A stretch of 64,000 nucleotides of DNA, taken from positions 323,950,001 to 324,014,000 of the forward strand of contig OZ024742.1 of NCBI GenBank assembly GCA_964016885.1. Direction: 5' to 3'. This document shows, in pieces, positions 28,306 through 42,152 of the stretch (position 1 is the first letter of the stretch; every line of letters starts with the position of its first letter). Made by a program: the position numbers and the translations under genes. Source of the DNA: Eledone cirrhosa (taxonomy: Eukaryota). Below the pieces are notes generated by a model. It made no database searches. It was not told the origin of the DNA and saw nothing but the letters and a program-made list of their open reading frames with translations.

Positions 28306-29275
28306 CTACATAAACAAAAGATTCACAAAAAATTCCTTTGTTTTCAGATTTCACATGCAAGAATCATTTAAAAATTCTTGCACATGGCAGTTGATTCTAA
28401 GCAAGATATGACTGATGTGTCACCATCTAGTACATGACTGATGTGCACCATCTAGTACATTCATTTCAAACATGTGGCTTGCAGCAGAACAATGTTTATA
28501 CTAATATTTTCCTGAATCTTGATTATTTGTCCTTCACTTTTTCTATATCTTTGCAACTAACTCATGAAGTACAGAATTTATCAAAAATGAAAGTAGAAAA
28601 AAGGGAATTTACTAAAAGTTTTAATGGAATTGAGAAACATTTGAAACAAAAAATGTTTCCCTACATTTTATACTAATTTGCATATCTGACTGCCACATGT
28701 GTATTTTATTAATAAATAAATAAATAGTAGGCTATCAGCTGTATTGCAGATTAGCATTATAATTGGTGGACCCTCCCCTACCAATTCATCTCACTTTTGG
28801 CCCACTATGCCGTTTCCCCAGGTTATGATAGGTCTTTTGAATCCTTGAGTTTGAGATCCCTGATCTAATAGTACCAGGCTAGAGTAGGCCGAGGTGTCAG
28901 GTTGGAAGCTAGAATTGGCCTACGGTTTTGAAAGCATCTCAAGTTTTATTTCTTTTATTCTGTTCTGTTCTGTTACTTGCAAATACATCATTTACACAGC
29001 ATGCACATGTATATACCAATAACCTATACATAAATCATTTAATGTTGATTAATGAGCAGCTTTGAGTACAGCCTACATTTTACATCTGACCAAGGCCTGT
29101 TACCAGCTTTGCACAGACCTGGGTCATACATTGTAACTAAAATATATATTTAAGTATGGTTAATAGATATCACAAAGAACTATGTGGAGATGAAAATTTG
29201 GTGAGGACAAAATAAAAAATAAATAGAAAAAGACAAACAGATATAGTACCTTTTATGATACACAAACAGCACCAT

Positions 29276-30338
29276 TATGATACCGTCACTGCCTGATGAA
29301 GATCTTACAGGCTTATGGAATCCCCAAGAAGATAGTGGACCTGATATCACTGCTCTACACCAACACCAAAGCCCAAGTCATTACACCTGATGGGATGACA
29401 GAGTTCTTTAGGATACTGGCTGGAGTGCTCCAGGGAGATATATTGGCTCCCTACCTTTTTATCATCGTAGTGGACTATTGTATGCGCCTTGCACTGGAGA
29501 AACACCAGGACTCTGGCTTTACTGTAGCACCAGCTCAGAGCAGGAGAGTTAAGGTGAAAAAGATAGATGCTGAATTTGCTGCCGACATAGTTTTGGTGAC
29601 AAATACAGTGAAGGAGGCAAAGGATTTGATGCAGGAGGTTGAGACTGTGTCGATGAGTGTGGGGCTGAGAATGAATGAGACTAAAACAAAATATCTGGTA
29701 GAGAATGTTGAGAAGCCAGAGGGGACCACTAATGTAGGCGGGAAGCCGCTAGAATTGGTTGAGGACTTCCTGTATTTGGGAGCAAAGATTGGGAATACGG
29801 AAGATGATGTGGTTGAGAGGAAGAGCAAAGCCTGGGTGGCGTGCCACAGCTTGAGATTGGTATGGAAGTCGGACCTTCATAAAGACCTGAAAATCTGCCT
29901 CTTCATTGCTGTAGTGGAGTCTGTGCTGCTGTACGGGTCTGAGACTTGGACACTGACCAAGAAACTCACTCAGATGGTGGATGGGTGCTACACAGGAATG
30001 CTGAGGATGGCTCTGAACATTAATCAGTATACACTGAGGATGAAAAACTCAGAGCTGTATGGGAGCCTCTCAAAAGTCAGCTCAAAAGTGACGCAGAGGA
30101 GACTGAGGTTAGCTGGACATGCTCACCGACATCCAGAGTTGACATTGCACTCAGTGCTCCTATGGGAGCCCCTACATGGACACACTGGAAGAGGAAGATC
30201 AAGGTTAACGTATGTTGATGCCCTAAGGACAGATACTGGTCTGTTGGAGACGCAGGACATGACAGCGATAATGAGGGACAGAGACCGCTGGAGAGAACTC
30301 GTCCATGGATCTCGGGAATTTTACCCGCACTAGAAAAA
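29276..30338 (+). mobile_element. 5'-truncated RTE-clade LINE with an uninterrupted 345-aa RT C-terminal frame (29296-30333)
   Basis: Motifs GVLQGDILAPYLF, FAADI (mutated F/YADD), FLYLG, LLYGSETW and RRLRLAGH. A-tail present. 12-bp TSD aaacagcaccat at 29264-75 and 30339-50. Confidence 0.92.
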
Positions 30339-33300
30339 AAACAGCACCATAAATGGTACATAAAACTATTTAAACTTTGTGATTTTTGAGAATAGAAAAT
30401 AATGTTGAAATGTATAGTCAGATATCTGGGTTTGATTTGAACTCAAAACATAAAGGCGCATAACTAAATAACTCAAAAGTCACTTTCCTACCATATTGAT
30501 TCTACCTTCAAAGTTTTAAAAGTCTAGCAGTATATGAGGCTGGAGATTATTCAAGTTTCATGTTATGTTAAGCAACAGAGAATACATCTCCTTGGAGAGG
30601 GATGCCAGTCCATCATAAGGATAAACTCTCAGCTACTGCTGCTGGTAATATGTTTCAGTTGAGCAGAGTGGAGTAACGTAAAATGAAGTGCTTTATTAAA
30701 AAATACAAAGCACCACATGGTCTGGAAACTGAATCCACAACCATACAACTGCGAAACTAACACACTAACCACTAAACTGCACACCTTCCATACGCATTAA
30801 AGAGAATGACTGATAAATAGGCAAACAGACAGACAAATGAAACAGAACAAAGAGAAACAGATCAGCAGAAAGCTAACTTAGAAGAAGAAAAGTCGACAAA
30901 ACAAGACAAAATAAAATAAAATAAAATAAAACAACACAATGAAAACAAGACAGCCAATCACATCAATTATTGATAAAATTTTCGAAAGAATTTCAGATAA
31001 AGATGTTCAAATGGGTTGCTTCAGGATTGCTAAAACTGGTTGAGTAATTGTATATATCAACTTGTACTAGCAAAGTAAAATGCAATTAGTGGATTTTTAT
31101 TTTTGTTTCGTTTTATTTTACCATTTTATCATGTTTTTAAAAATGTTATTATTTTTTTTATTTACATTATTATTTTTTTTGTGCTTAATTTCTTTTTTTT
31201 TGTTGGCATGTGCACAACAGCAGCAGCAAAAAGCATCATGAAATCTTTAACCATTATTAAGTGAGGATAACAACTTATCTTGTGGTATATTTTTTCTTCT
31301 CTTCGTAGTTTTGTAGTGATTAAGGCATAGCAAATCAACAGAGGCAACCATTAGAAGTAATTTCATTTATTTTATTTTTTTAATTCTTTAATTCACACTA
31401 TAATACCATCCTATCCATACTGTTTTACTCTTTTACACACACATATGCAGACACATATATACACACACAAACACATGTGTGTGTGTGTGTGTAAAAGAGA
31501 GAAAGTAAGTGGGGCAGGATAATGCTAAAATAGAGTGTAAATTGAAAAAAACAAAACAAATGAGTACTCAGAAGAAAAGTAGAGTGTAAATATCTATGGT
31601 AGTGTTGAGATTACTGGATGTTACTACTCAGAGTTTCTCATATACTACTGATTACATAATTGTCTTATGCAACCAGCATTATATATGAACCACCGAGTTG
31701 TAACAGAGAATGACTGCACTACATATATTTATATATATATGAATCTTTAGTTATGTCAAAGATATAACAACTTCTCTAGTGCTAGTGTCATGATAAAAGA
31801 CACTCAGTAGAGCACAGGATTGTATGTGAGATGCACTAACCCTGCTTGAGTACTGGTTCCATTTGTGAAGACCTTTTCAACTGTTGCTAGCAGAGAAAAC
31901 ATGTTAAATGATGCTTTTGCTTATACATACATGATGATGATGATGATGGCTGCAACTCAATTTCAAGTAATGTCATTGCTTGATACTTACACATGAGCAT
32001 CACAGACATGGCTCTTTAGTCCTTCTAGGGACTTCCCTACGGCAAACAATACCATGCGTTGCATGGCATATGGTGTTCTGTTTTTCATATTTTTGGCAAG
32101 GTTTTATTGGGTAGATATTCCTATTCCTATTACCAACCACTTTACAGTGTGGACTGGGTGCATTATTCATGCCACCTACATTAGAGAGGATGTTTGACTA
32201 GACTGAAGGATCCTCTCTACCCTGTATCGGTTTTTATTCAGAGTCACTACTCTCCTAGATAGGTTGCCTGCCCTACAACCTAAAGAGCTGTATTTTATTC
32301 AGAGTTACATCCTTCTAGATGGGCAGCATTTTCCATGGATTATGGAGTTCATGTCTGTTCTGTGCACTCAATTTATTCGGAGTCACTGCTCTGCTAGCCT
32401 GGCTGTCTTCAGTGTAGCTTATAGAACACACGTTTGTCCCATGCAGTCTTGTTTTATTTGTAGTAACTGTTCTCTCACATTGACTCAATTCTCTGTGGTT
32501 TACAGAGCCCTAATCTCCACCAAGCAGTCATGTTTTATTTGTTCATTTGGCATGACCATACTCCAGGCATCATACGAAACCCTCATTTGTCCCCAGTGCA
32601 GTTCCAACCTGCATGGCGAGCAGCCATTAATCATATCAGAGGGGCCATGGGTAGACTGTCATACTGGAAGGTGGTGGTAGGGGAGTGTGGCTTATGGTGA
32701 CAGACTGATAGGTCACCAGATTCCTCATATTGAAAGTTAGGAAACTAGAACATTGATAGTTGATTGAAAAAATGGAATAGCACAATAAAATATGTAGTAA
32801 GGCTTAGCTTATCGGCTTTGGGAATTTTAAATCTGGCAGAGCCCACATCCTCTTCATGTCTGAACACAGTCAATAACTCCCAGAGAAAAAAAGGGAGGAA
32901 GTGGGAAAGATTTATAGAGAAAGAATTGACCCTAGTATTGGACAGGTACTTCTTTTTATCCATCTCAAAAGGATACAAGGCAAAGTTGACCATGTCTGAA
33001 TTTGAACTTACAGTGCAGGGAGCTGGAATGAATACCACAAAGCATTCAATTTGACATTCTGATGACTTGGCCAACTAGCTACCTGAAGTAAAGCAGTGAG
33101 TTTAAATAAAGTAGCCTGTTACAAAAGAATTATAAACCAAATTTTTTAATATATCCAACAAGTACACAGACACTATTCCTACCAGTCGATATGGGAATAC
33201 AAAATATGAATAATAATTTTAAAAAGAATTATCAGAATTATCATCTGTATAGTGGATTGTACAGCAATTCTTAACAGTGAAATATGTAATTTAGAGAGAC

Positions 33301-33376
33301 ACAATCAGAATTGTGTCAGTTTAAAAAAAAAAATACAATCAATAAATTTGAAGGCCTCAGCAGGATTTGAATTCAC

Positions 33377-33676
33377 TAGTGTTGGTCATCTATATGATAA
33401 ATCCACCCAGTGCACTCTAAATTGGTTGATGACAGGAAGGGAATATAACCATAGACATCTTGCCAAACAAAGGGTCAGAAGGATTCCTCAGTTGTGTCAA
33501 AGACATGACAACCTCAATAGTGTTGGTGATCTACATGATAAATGCACCCAGTACACTCTGTAAAGTGGTTGATGACAGGAAGGGTATTTAACCATAGAAA
33601 GCTTTTCAAACAAAGGGTCAGACTGACTCTTCAGTTGTGTCAAAGACATGATGACCTCAACAGTGTTAGTGATCTC
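33377..33676. repeat. ~142-bp tandem repeat (2+ units) derived from a SINE 3' segment
   Basis: Units start at 33377, 33518 and 33661. Confidence 0.85.
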
Positions 33677-35712
33677 TCATAGAAAACCTGCCAAACAAAT
33701 GGTTGGGAGAATACTGGTGCCATAATAAAATACACTTGATAAAGAGATGGAAGATTTTGTAAGTGAAATGCAGGGTCTTCGGGCCCATCCAAGCACCCAG
33801 TAGACTGTGGGAACATAAGTGAGATGCAGGAAGACTCATCAGCTGACAACTTTGCTAGTGCTGGTTTTGCAATAAAATGCACACGGTAAAGTGTGGGAAC
33901 ATACATAAGCAAGATGTGGGCCACCTGCCCATGTAAGCACTTGGCAAAGCACAGGAACATATGTAAGCTAGGTGCAGACCTCTGGCTCATCTGAGAGATC
34001 AGTGGCTTTGGTCTGCGAAGAACTGTCCAGCCTTTGCTAGCTGGGAAAATGGATGTTAAATAATGATAATGATAATGTGGCCTACCAGAAAAAACATACA
34101 GCAGGGCATCTCATCCAATGTTCAAAGAATTCTGCTAATCTACCACCTCGATAAAGGATGGTAAAGTTAATCTTGGTGAGATTTGAACTCGGAGAACAAA
34201 TAGCTGGAAAAATTGCTGCAAATCATCTCATCCGACGCTCTAACAATCCCACTAATCCATTACCCTGGACAGTTACTTTATTTATTGACCATGGTCAGAT
34301 TTGAACTCAGGGAGTGCAGAGTACCAGAATAAATAAAGAAGGAATTCTGTTTAATATTCTAACAATTATGCCAATTCAATGCCTTAGTAAATAATAAAAA
34401 CAATAATAATAATGAGGATGATGATGAATGTGGGGTGTCAGAATAACTACTGAATACAAAATCTTACTAATTCATTTGAGAAATAAATTGAAACGCAAGG
34501 AAGGATCTATAAAGCTGATTGTTAACTCCGAAGTTCACCTAACCATAACAGTTACTTAGATACAAAGGCCCTAACCATTTTAGCTATTGATGTCTAGACA
34601 GCTATATATATAGATGTATACATATATAAACGATTCCATTGAAGAAATGAAAAATACATAAAAATAAAAATAACGTTATATTTTGTTTGTTATATTTTAC
34701 CCCTTCAAAGAATCAATACATAATTTAATAACTATCAATTTACATTGATCTGACATGAAAAATTATAAAAATGTATATTTTTTTTATTTTGCTTATTAAG
34801 CACTACAGTCAGTTAATAACTTCGGAGGGAGAAAAAGACTATCCACATAGTACTGACAAAACAAAAACATAATAGAATTAAATCTTTCTGCACAACCATA
34901 GTGGGGCCTCTTAAAGCTAGAGTTTATTTGAGGATTCTGTAGCATTGTACAGATGAGATAAATACCCTGCCCTTTCATCCTGAGTAGTATTATTGTAAAT
35001 TTCAATAGAAAGGCCCAATAATTATTTTAATACATATATTTTATTGGTTTAGTCAGAGGAAGCACAGCACCCATGACCTGTAACAGGGGCTAGTGAGAGG
35101 AACAGCAGCACACCTCTTCAGGAACTCTGAAGTAGGTGAAGGAGGGGAGAGAAGGATAGCTTCCATGACTCGCTTTTTGGGATTCTGGGACTGGTGGTGG
35201 AAGAAAAAGCAACACCCTATACTCCTCCACGACAGGAACTTCGAGACTAGTTTGAGGAAGGACAGAACTCATGATCACTTTCAGGGACTTGGGGACTGGC
35301 AGGGTATGAAAGAGCAGCACCAGGAATTCCAAGGCAGGTAGGAAGAGGATAGTACCCATGATTTCAGGGATGCTGGGACTGGTGCTAGTAAAAACAGCAC
35401 ACATGACTTACTTCAGAAACTCTGAGACTGATGGTAGGAAGGAAGTTTCCTCAGACCAGAAACTAGGCACATAGGCTTGCAATAAAATGGGCTCTGCTAA
35501 AGGCCCCTAAGGACCAGGTGGTGATGTTAAACTGAGCAACAGATTATATCTACCACCCAAGGAAAGAAATGTTCTTTCAAGCGCACTTCCAAACAGTCTC
35601 TGTCTAACAAATTTTATTTGTCAAAGCTCAGATCAACCTAAAGTTATGGTAGAAGACACTTCCCCAAAGTGCTGTGCACTTAGTTTAACAATGTACACTC
35701 TCTATAATATTA

Positions 35713-36128
35713 ATGGTGATGACAAACATAGTGGTGGGGATGTTGATGATGATAAGTGTGGTTGATGATGAGTATGTTGACAATGACGGTGTTATTGACA
35801 ATGATGACAAAAGTGTTGACAATGATAATGGTGTTGACAACAATGATGATGACAGTGTCAACAATGATGGTGTTGCTGACAACAATGATTGTATCAACAA
35901 TGATGATGGTAATAATGTTGTTGACAACAATGGTGATTATGATGATAATGATAGTGTTGTTTAGAATGATGATGATGATAATAGTGTTTTTCACAATGAT
36001 AATGACGATGATAAGGATAGCATTATTGATGATGATGATGATGTTGATGGTAATAATGTTGTTGATAACAATGGTGGTAATGGTGATGACAGTTTTGTTG
36101 ACAATGATGATGATGATGATGATGATGG
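35713..36128. repeat. Degenerate GAT/AAT/GTT trinucleotide tract (similar tract at 52570-52741)
   Basis: Directly visible. Confidence 0.9.
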
Positions 36129-36856
36129 CATTGGTAGAAAATAAAAATGTATATTGCTTGCCTCACATCAAAGAATCAGAGAACATATATAATGGAAAAT
36201 AACCATCACCATCATCACCATAGAAATATTTGAGAAAAAAAAAATGTTCTTTAATATTTATATGGAAATGAAACTGAACACAGGAAAACATAGCTTCACA
36301 TAAATAAAAATACAATAAGAAATAAAATAATATAAAACATATCAAAGTGTGTGCATTCTCTCTCTCTTTCACTGTGTTTACTTCTCTCTTTCTTTCTCAC
36401 TGTGTTTACTTCTCTCTCTCTCAAACACACAAATACCTGTCTTACAGATTTTATGTAAAATACTGTAGATCAAATAAAAAAGAAGTTTGTGAAATAAGCA
36501 AATAAATAGAAGAAAAGAAACAAAGAATTGTATTTGAGGTGTTAATAAAAAATAAAAATTATACGTTTGTGTATGCATTTTATATACATACATATTTATA
36601 TATAAACACACTTTGCTGAAACACTGTGGCCATGTTGTAAGTATATTAATAAACCTTGTACAATGTTTATATATATGAAAAATATATATATATATATCAT
36701 ATATATATATTTAAAGGTTAAACAAGGTTCAATGAATAAATCAAAGAATGAGTTTTACAATAGATTGGAAGCACTCAACAACGGGTTTTCCGGAGTTGTT
36801 GTCTGTCTCAATTAATTCAAAATATTAACAAAAATAGAACTTCTTGTGATCAAGTA

Positions 36857-36923
36857 TATTTTATTATACATATTTCAGAGGTACTGAGCTAACTTCAACA
36901 GTACGTCCTCCTCAGATAAAATA
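36857..36923 (-). ncRNA. Type I hammerhead ribozyme in the left arm of the large inverted repeat
   Basis: Minus strand reads TATTTTAT CTGAGGA GGACGTACTG-ttgaagttagct-CAGTACCTCT GAAA TATGTAT A ATAAAATA. Confidence 0.78.
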
Positions 36924-38517
36924 AGATGATGCATGACATACCCCGACATAGTAGATGGTTAAGATCCAGTCATGGTAGTGAGTAAGATATGACAAAACTC
37001 AATATTTATATACCTTAAGATTGAGACAGGAAAAAAACTTACATATAATACAGAGGGTGCGAGTGAGAAAGCTTAAAAATACATAACAGCAATTTATATA
37101 ACTGTTACAGATTCAAATAATTTAAATTATTGAAGAAAGAGGAAAGAAAAAAGAAAGACAGAGAGAAAACAGATGAGGGGAAAATATAGCTAGTAGAAGT
37201 TTAGAGAGCAAAAGAGAATTGATCAAGGAAAGAGAGACAAAGAGGAATAATTTTTATAGTGTAAAACATAGGGAGGGATGAATTATATATATCTATACAG
37301 AACTATACATTTGGGCATAGCTTTGCGAAAGAGTAAACTCGAATCTTTGAATTAATTCGGGTCAATGAAATCCTTAGGTTTTCTCTTTCTCATGTTTGCA
37401 GACACATTATACTACTATATTAAAAAAAAAAAATTTCTTGTATTTTTAAACTATATAGCTTGGATATTGGGCACTTTTAAGATCGCAAACAATTCACTTT
37501 TTAACTTTTTACTTTGAATTTGGTTCTTATCCTTATGATTCATGAAGTTTGACTTGTATATTTATAGTATATATGTATTACATGATCCTATTATAATAAT
37601 TGATCTAAAACCTTAATTTTTAACAATATTATCAGTAACTTATTTATTGTATTGTATTATGTTATATGTAACTGATAGGTATCATCTTAATCTTTAAACA
37701 ATATAATCTTTGTTTATATTTAGACAAATGCATATATCTAATTTAATAATAAACTTTTTAAAGTTTAATTATATGGCCTTTAGATGCTTTAAGGCATTCT
37801 AATTGTTAATCTTAATTTTTAAAATTATAACTAATTATTTTATAAATTAAATATGATAGTATACTTTAATATTAATACAGATATTTATAAACTTTTATAG
37901 CCTGAAATATTATACACTTTGATTAATTCATTACTCTGAACTAACTTAAATGATTTGAAAGTTAACAGTCAACCGGATACGTTTGGATAGTATATATAAA
38001 TAATTAACTAAGGGCTGGAAATTAACCTTCATATAATTACACCCAGTTATATTTAAGATTTAGATTGATGAATACTTCTAGATAATTCAATAATTCAAAG
38101 ATTTGAGTTTACTCTTTCGCAAAGCTATGCCCAAATGTATAGTTCTGTATAGATAGATATAATTCATCCCTCCCTATGTTTTAGACTATAAAAATTATTC
38201 CTCTTTGTCTCTCTTTCATTGATCAATTCTCTTTTGCTCTCTATACTACTAGCTATATTATCCCCTCATCTGTTTTCTCTCTGTCTTTCTTTTTTCTTTC
38301 CTCTTTCTTCAATAATTTAAATTATTTGAATCTCTAACAGTTATGTAAATTGTTGTTATGTATTTTTAAGCTTTCTCACACGCACGCTCTGTATTATATG
38401 TAAGTTTTTTCCTGTCTCAATCTTAAGATATATAAATATTGAGTTTTGTCATATCTTACTCACTACCATGACTGGATCTTAACCATCTACTATGTCAGGG
38501 TATGTCATCCATCATCT

Positions 38518-38584
38518 TATTTTATCTGAAGAGGACGTACTGTTGAAGTTAGCTCAGTACCTCTGAAATATGTATAATAAAATA
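38518..38584 (+). ncRNA. Type I hammerhead ribozyme in the right arm of the large inverted repeat
   Basis: TATTTTAT CTGAAGA GGACGTACTG-loop-CAGTACCTCT GAAA TATGTAT A ATAAAATA. 8-bp stem I. The two arms differ at the free N7 core position. Confidence 0.8.
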
Positions 38585-38630
38585 TACTTGATCACAAGAA
38601 GTTCTATTTTTGTTAATATTTTGAATTAAT

Positions 38631-38662
<32 letters not shown>

Positions 38663-38789
38663 ATAATCATCATTGTTTAATGTCCGTTTTCCATGCTTGC
38701 ATGGGTTAGATGGGTTTTCGTGACACTGCTCTGGCTCATATGGAACTGTATTTTGGCTTGGTGTCTATAGCTGGATGCCTTTCCTAATA

Positions 38790-39186
38790 CCAACCACACT
38801 ACTGTGTGGACTAGGTCCTTTCTATCATGGCATCAAAATGAATATCTAACAAGGTGGACTGGGTGGTTTTTGTCGTGTCACCAGCAGGACCACCTTACAT
38901 GGTGGACTGGGTACTTTTGTCATGTCACCAGCAGGATCACCTTAAACAGTGGATTGAGCACTTTTGTTGTGTCACCATCACAACCACATTACAGAGTGGA
39001 CTGGCTGCTTTTTGTCATGTCACCAACATGACCACCTTACAGGGCTGACCTGATGCTTTTTGTCATACCACCATCAAAACCACCTAACACAGTGGACTGG
39101 TCGCTTTTCTCGTGTCACCAGCACAACCCTCTGGTAGGGTGGACTGGGAGCTTTTTTGTCGTGTCACCAGCAAAACCACCTTACAA
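38790..39186. repeat. ~48-bp minisatellite expanded from a SINE internal segment
   Basis: Repeated accaccttacagagtggactgggtgctttttgtcgtgtcacca units following a SINE tail at 38665-38790. Confidence 0.85.
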
Positions 39187-39244
39187 GAAAACATGCCCAG
39201 CGACAACCACACATACACATATATACATCATTACAAGAAAATAC

Positions 39245-40749
39245 ATGATCACTAGGGCAATTTTTTTAGACCTTATGTAGACATTTTCTTATCTTAAAAA
39301 TATTTTTATACCTTATTTAGGCCTAAAGATAAACTCAAGGTACTAAAAATAAACATCAAGATCAAAACTATTTACATACAGGTAAAATTCTGTCATAATG
39401 AATACAATAACAAATTTTTCAGTATAACAACATTTTTTCAATCCCCAAGGTAATAACAAACAAACAGTCAATTTTTTTTTGGTCGATCTCGTTACAACAA
39501 ATTTTTTTTATACCTGTGAATTTTGTTATAATGGAATTTCACTGTATTATACATTGCTGCAATATAAAATTTTATGTTCTCAGGAAAAAAAATACTTTGT
39601 CTTTAGTTAGTATTTTACCAAGCATTGAAAAACTATGCTCAACACTAGCTGATGTAGGTTGACATAAACAAGAGACTAATCCATGGGAGATATGGATGGG
39701 TTTTCCATTCAGCAAATTCATCCTAGATCATTTTATTTGGCATGGATCTTGGGCAAAATTCAAATCAGTGAGACTTAAATGCTTATTCAATTGAATATTT
39801 TGAACTCTCCAATTTTTTGATTAAATCCTTCAATAGCAAATAGCATTGCACTATCTGTGCCAAACTCACTTCTATTGTTGGCAAAATGATATATTGTTCG
39901 GCCGTTTCCACAAGAATTCCTCCTTCATTGATTCCTTTAATTAAGTCGCAAACACAGGGTAAATTATTAGCATAATATTCAGCTACTTTAATCCAACTGT
40001 TCCATCGAATGACTATTGGCTCAGGAGGGTATCTGATATCTTTGAAAAGGGCCTTCTTAGTGCAATTTTTTCCTGTTGAAGTTTTTACTGATGCAATGAG
40101 ACCACCCATGTCTTCATAGAAATCTTTGACTCCTAGGGCGCAATTATGAAGATGTGCCACACATATCACATGAAAACAATTGTGATAAAGCAATCTTTCT
40201 TATTTCAGCTACTTTGACCTGGCAGCATCTGATAGTAGTAATAAGAGGCTTTCTTCTGGTTTTATTGCTTGTAGAGTCTGCTTAATGACAGCCAAAGTCC
40301 TCTGGGAAACTGAACTGGCAACAGTATTTATGAGTGTGTGTATCCATGTATATGTATGTAAATTTAGCTACACTATATCACCACTGATTCTGGTTTCCAC
40401 CAGTATCATTTCTTTTGATTTCTATTAATTCCTTAGGGAATTGTTTGACCAACTGCTTTTGTTAATTGCTTTCTTTTTTTTTTTTAATTTGTTTTCTTTC
40501 TCCAAGACTTCAGATATTTTCTTTGAAAGCAAAGTTTTGACAAGTACCAATATTTTAAATAAAATTTTAATCAATATTTTATATTTAATATTTTTTTAGA
40601 CTTTATAATAAATTTTTAGACTTTTTAGACCTAAAAAAATTTTAATTTGCTATTTTTGATCAAAATAAGTTTTTTCTGCCATTACTAGGCCATTTTAAAC
40701 ATTCATAGACTTTTAGACTTTTTAGCCAAAAATTGCCTTAATGATCACT
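39245..40749 (-). mobile_element. DUF659/hAT-like DNA transposon remnant with TIRs
   Basis: Terminal inverted tgatcactagggcaattttt / aaaaattgccttaatgatca. Peptides LLLLSDAAR, HVICVAH and PPEPIVIRWNSWI. Confidence 0.75.
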
Positions 40750-41777
40750 GACAACCCCTTTGTGCTAGATTTGTTTGGGAAGTTCTAATAAAGTGGGAGT
40801 GAAACAGTTGAGAATGATTAAAATATCAGGTTTGAAATATAACAAAATGAAAAAAAAATAAAGTAGTGCTTTTTAGTTAGCTTCCCCTTGCAATCTCCCC
40901 ACAACTTTTTCCTCTGAATCACTATTTATTTATTTCCCTCTCACACATAGATGTGGATGTATGTAGATCTGTGTAGAAATCCATATACACACATTAAGTG
41001 TTTGCATGTGATTGTGTGTATACTTGGGATCATGTCTCTTTCCCTTAAAGGGAATTAATTGAGCACATCAACGCCATTATTTTTTCAAGTTTGATACTTA
41101 TTTTATCGATCTAATTTTGTTAAACTGTTAAGTAGTTGAACATAAACGTAAATATAGACAAATACATAAATACAGACATGGACACACACATATACAGTGA
41201 AATTCTGTTTCAAGAAATTGACGGGGTATAAGAAAAAATTTGTAACGAAAAATTCTTTATAACGAGATTGACCGAAACAATTCGAGCGTTTGTTTGTTTT
41301 TACCTCGGGGATTGAAAAAAATTGTTATAATGGTATTCGTTATAACGGAATTTTACCTATATATATATGAAGGGCTTCTGCAGTATCTGTCTACCATAAG
41401 TGGGAATGAACACAAAAACCATGTCTGCACTCTGTATAACTTGCTTGAAAAATCAGTAATTGAAGGTGATTTTCTTTACAGTAATTATGTTCTCGCAATA
41501 CTTCATGATATAATATGGTCATAATTTGTTTCCAAATCTAATAATAGACACTGAGAAGCAAAGATTAAATCTAGTTGAAGTCTGGGGGCTGTTAATATAA
41601 CAACATAAGTTGCTGTTTACAGTAGTCGTTAGCATTTTATATGACAGAATTTATTTATGATAAGTCCATCATATATATAATCATCTAAACTATAATAAAG
41701 GAAGGTCTGTGGGACTGCGTATGGTTTATTTTTTTTTATCCCATTAGTAAAATAAGTTGGATTACTTTGAATAAATA

Positions 41778-41958
41778 GTTGTTTCTATTTTTGGCACAAG
41801 GCCAGCAATTACCAGTATATTACTGGTACTTTATTTTATCGACCCCATAAGGATGAAAGGTAAAGTTAACCTCGGCGGGATTTGAATTCAGATCATAAAG
41901 GGACGTAACTCTATGCTTCAAAGCATCGTGTACGACTCTCTACCGATACTGCCAATCC
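41778..41958 (-). mobile_element. Young SINE family B copy with 14-bp TSD
   Basis: actttgaataaata at 41764-41777 and 41959-41972. Confidence 0.92.
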
Positions 41959-42068
41959 ACTTTGAATAAATAATGAATGAATATTACATAATTTATCTAC
42001 TTAATTTTGTAAACAAAAATAATTTCATAAAAATAAATAATTTAAAATTGACTTCTTTTCAAAGTTGC

Positions 42069-42152
42069 ACTTCCGGTATATCATTGCCACCACCACCACT
42101 TCAACTACCATATATATAGAAAGAGAGAGTGTGTGACGTCAACACTTCCGGT
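42069..42152. promoter_or_regulatory. Cluster of two ETS sites (ACTTCCGG) and a CRE (TGACGTCA) in a locally CpG-retaining segment
   Basis: The motifs are directly visible. Function is unproven and they lie inside the putative Helitron. Confidence 0.4.

Larger units (their letters stand above)
36811..38630 (-). mobile_element. Penelope-like element remnant with inverted pseudo-LTRs (arms 36811-37354 and 38091-38630)
   Basis: Two ~540-bp arms are near-identical reverse complements, each ending in a hammerhead. The AT-rich spacer has weak traces (CVCKHEKEK) resembling a Penelope GIY-YIG C-terminus. Confidence 0.75.

Noticed and set aside
34796-34852. Short terminal exon candidate YYVDSLFLPPKLLTDCSA*
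   Set aside because: Too short to distinguish from chance.
35685-36202. Asp/Asn-rich and Met-rich ORFs resembling acidic matrix proteins
   Set aside because: Open in several frames and on both strands because of a trinucleotide tract; no splice context.
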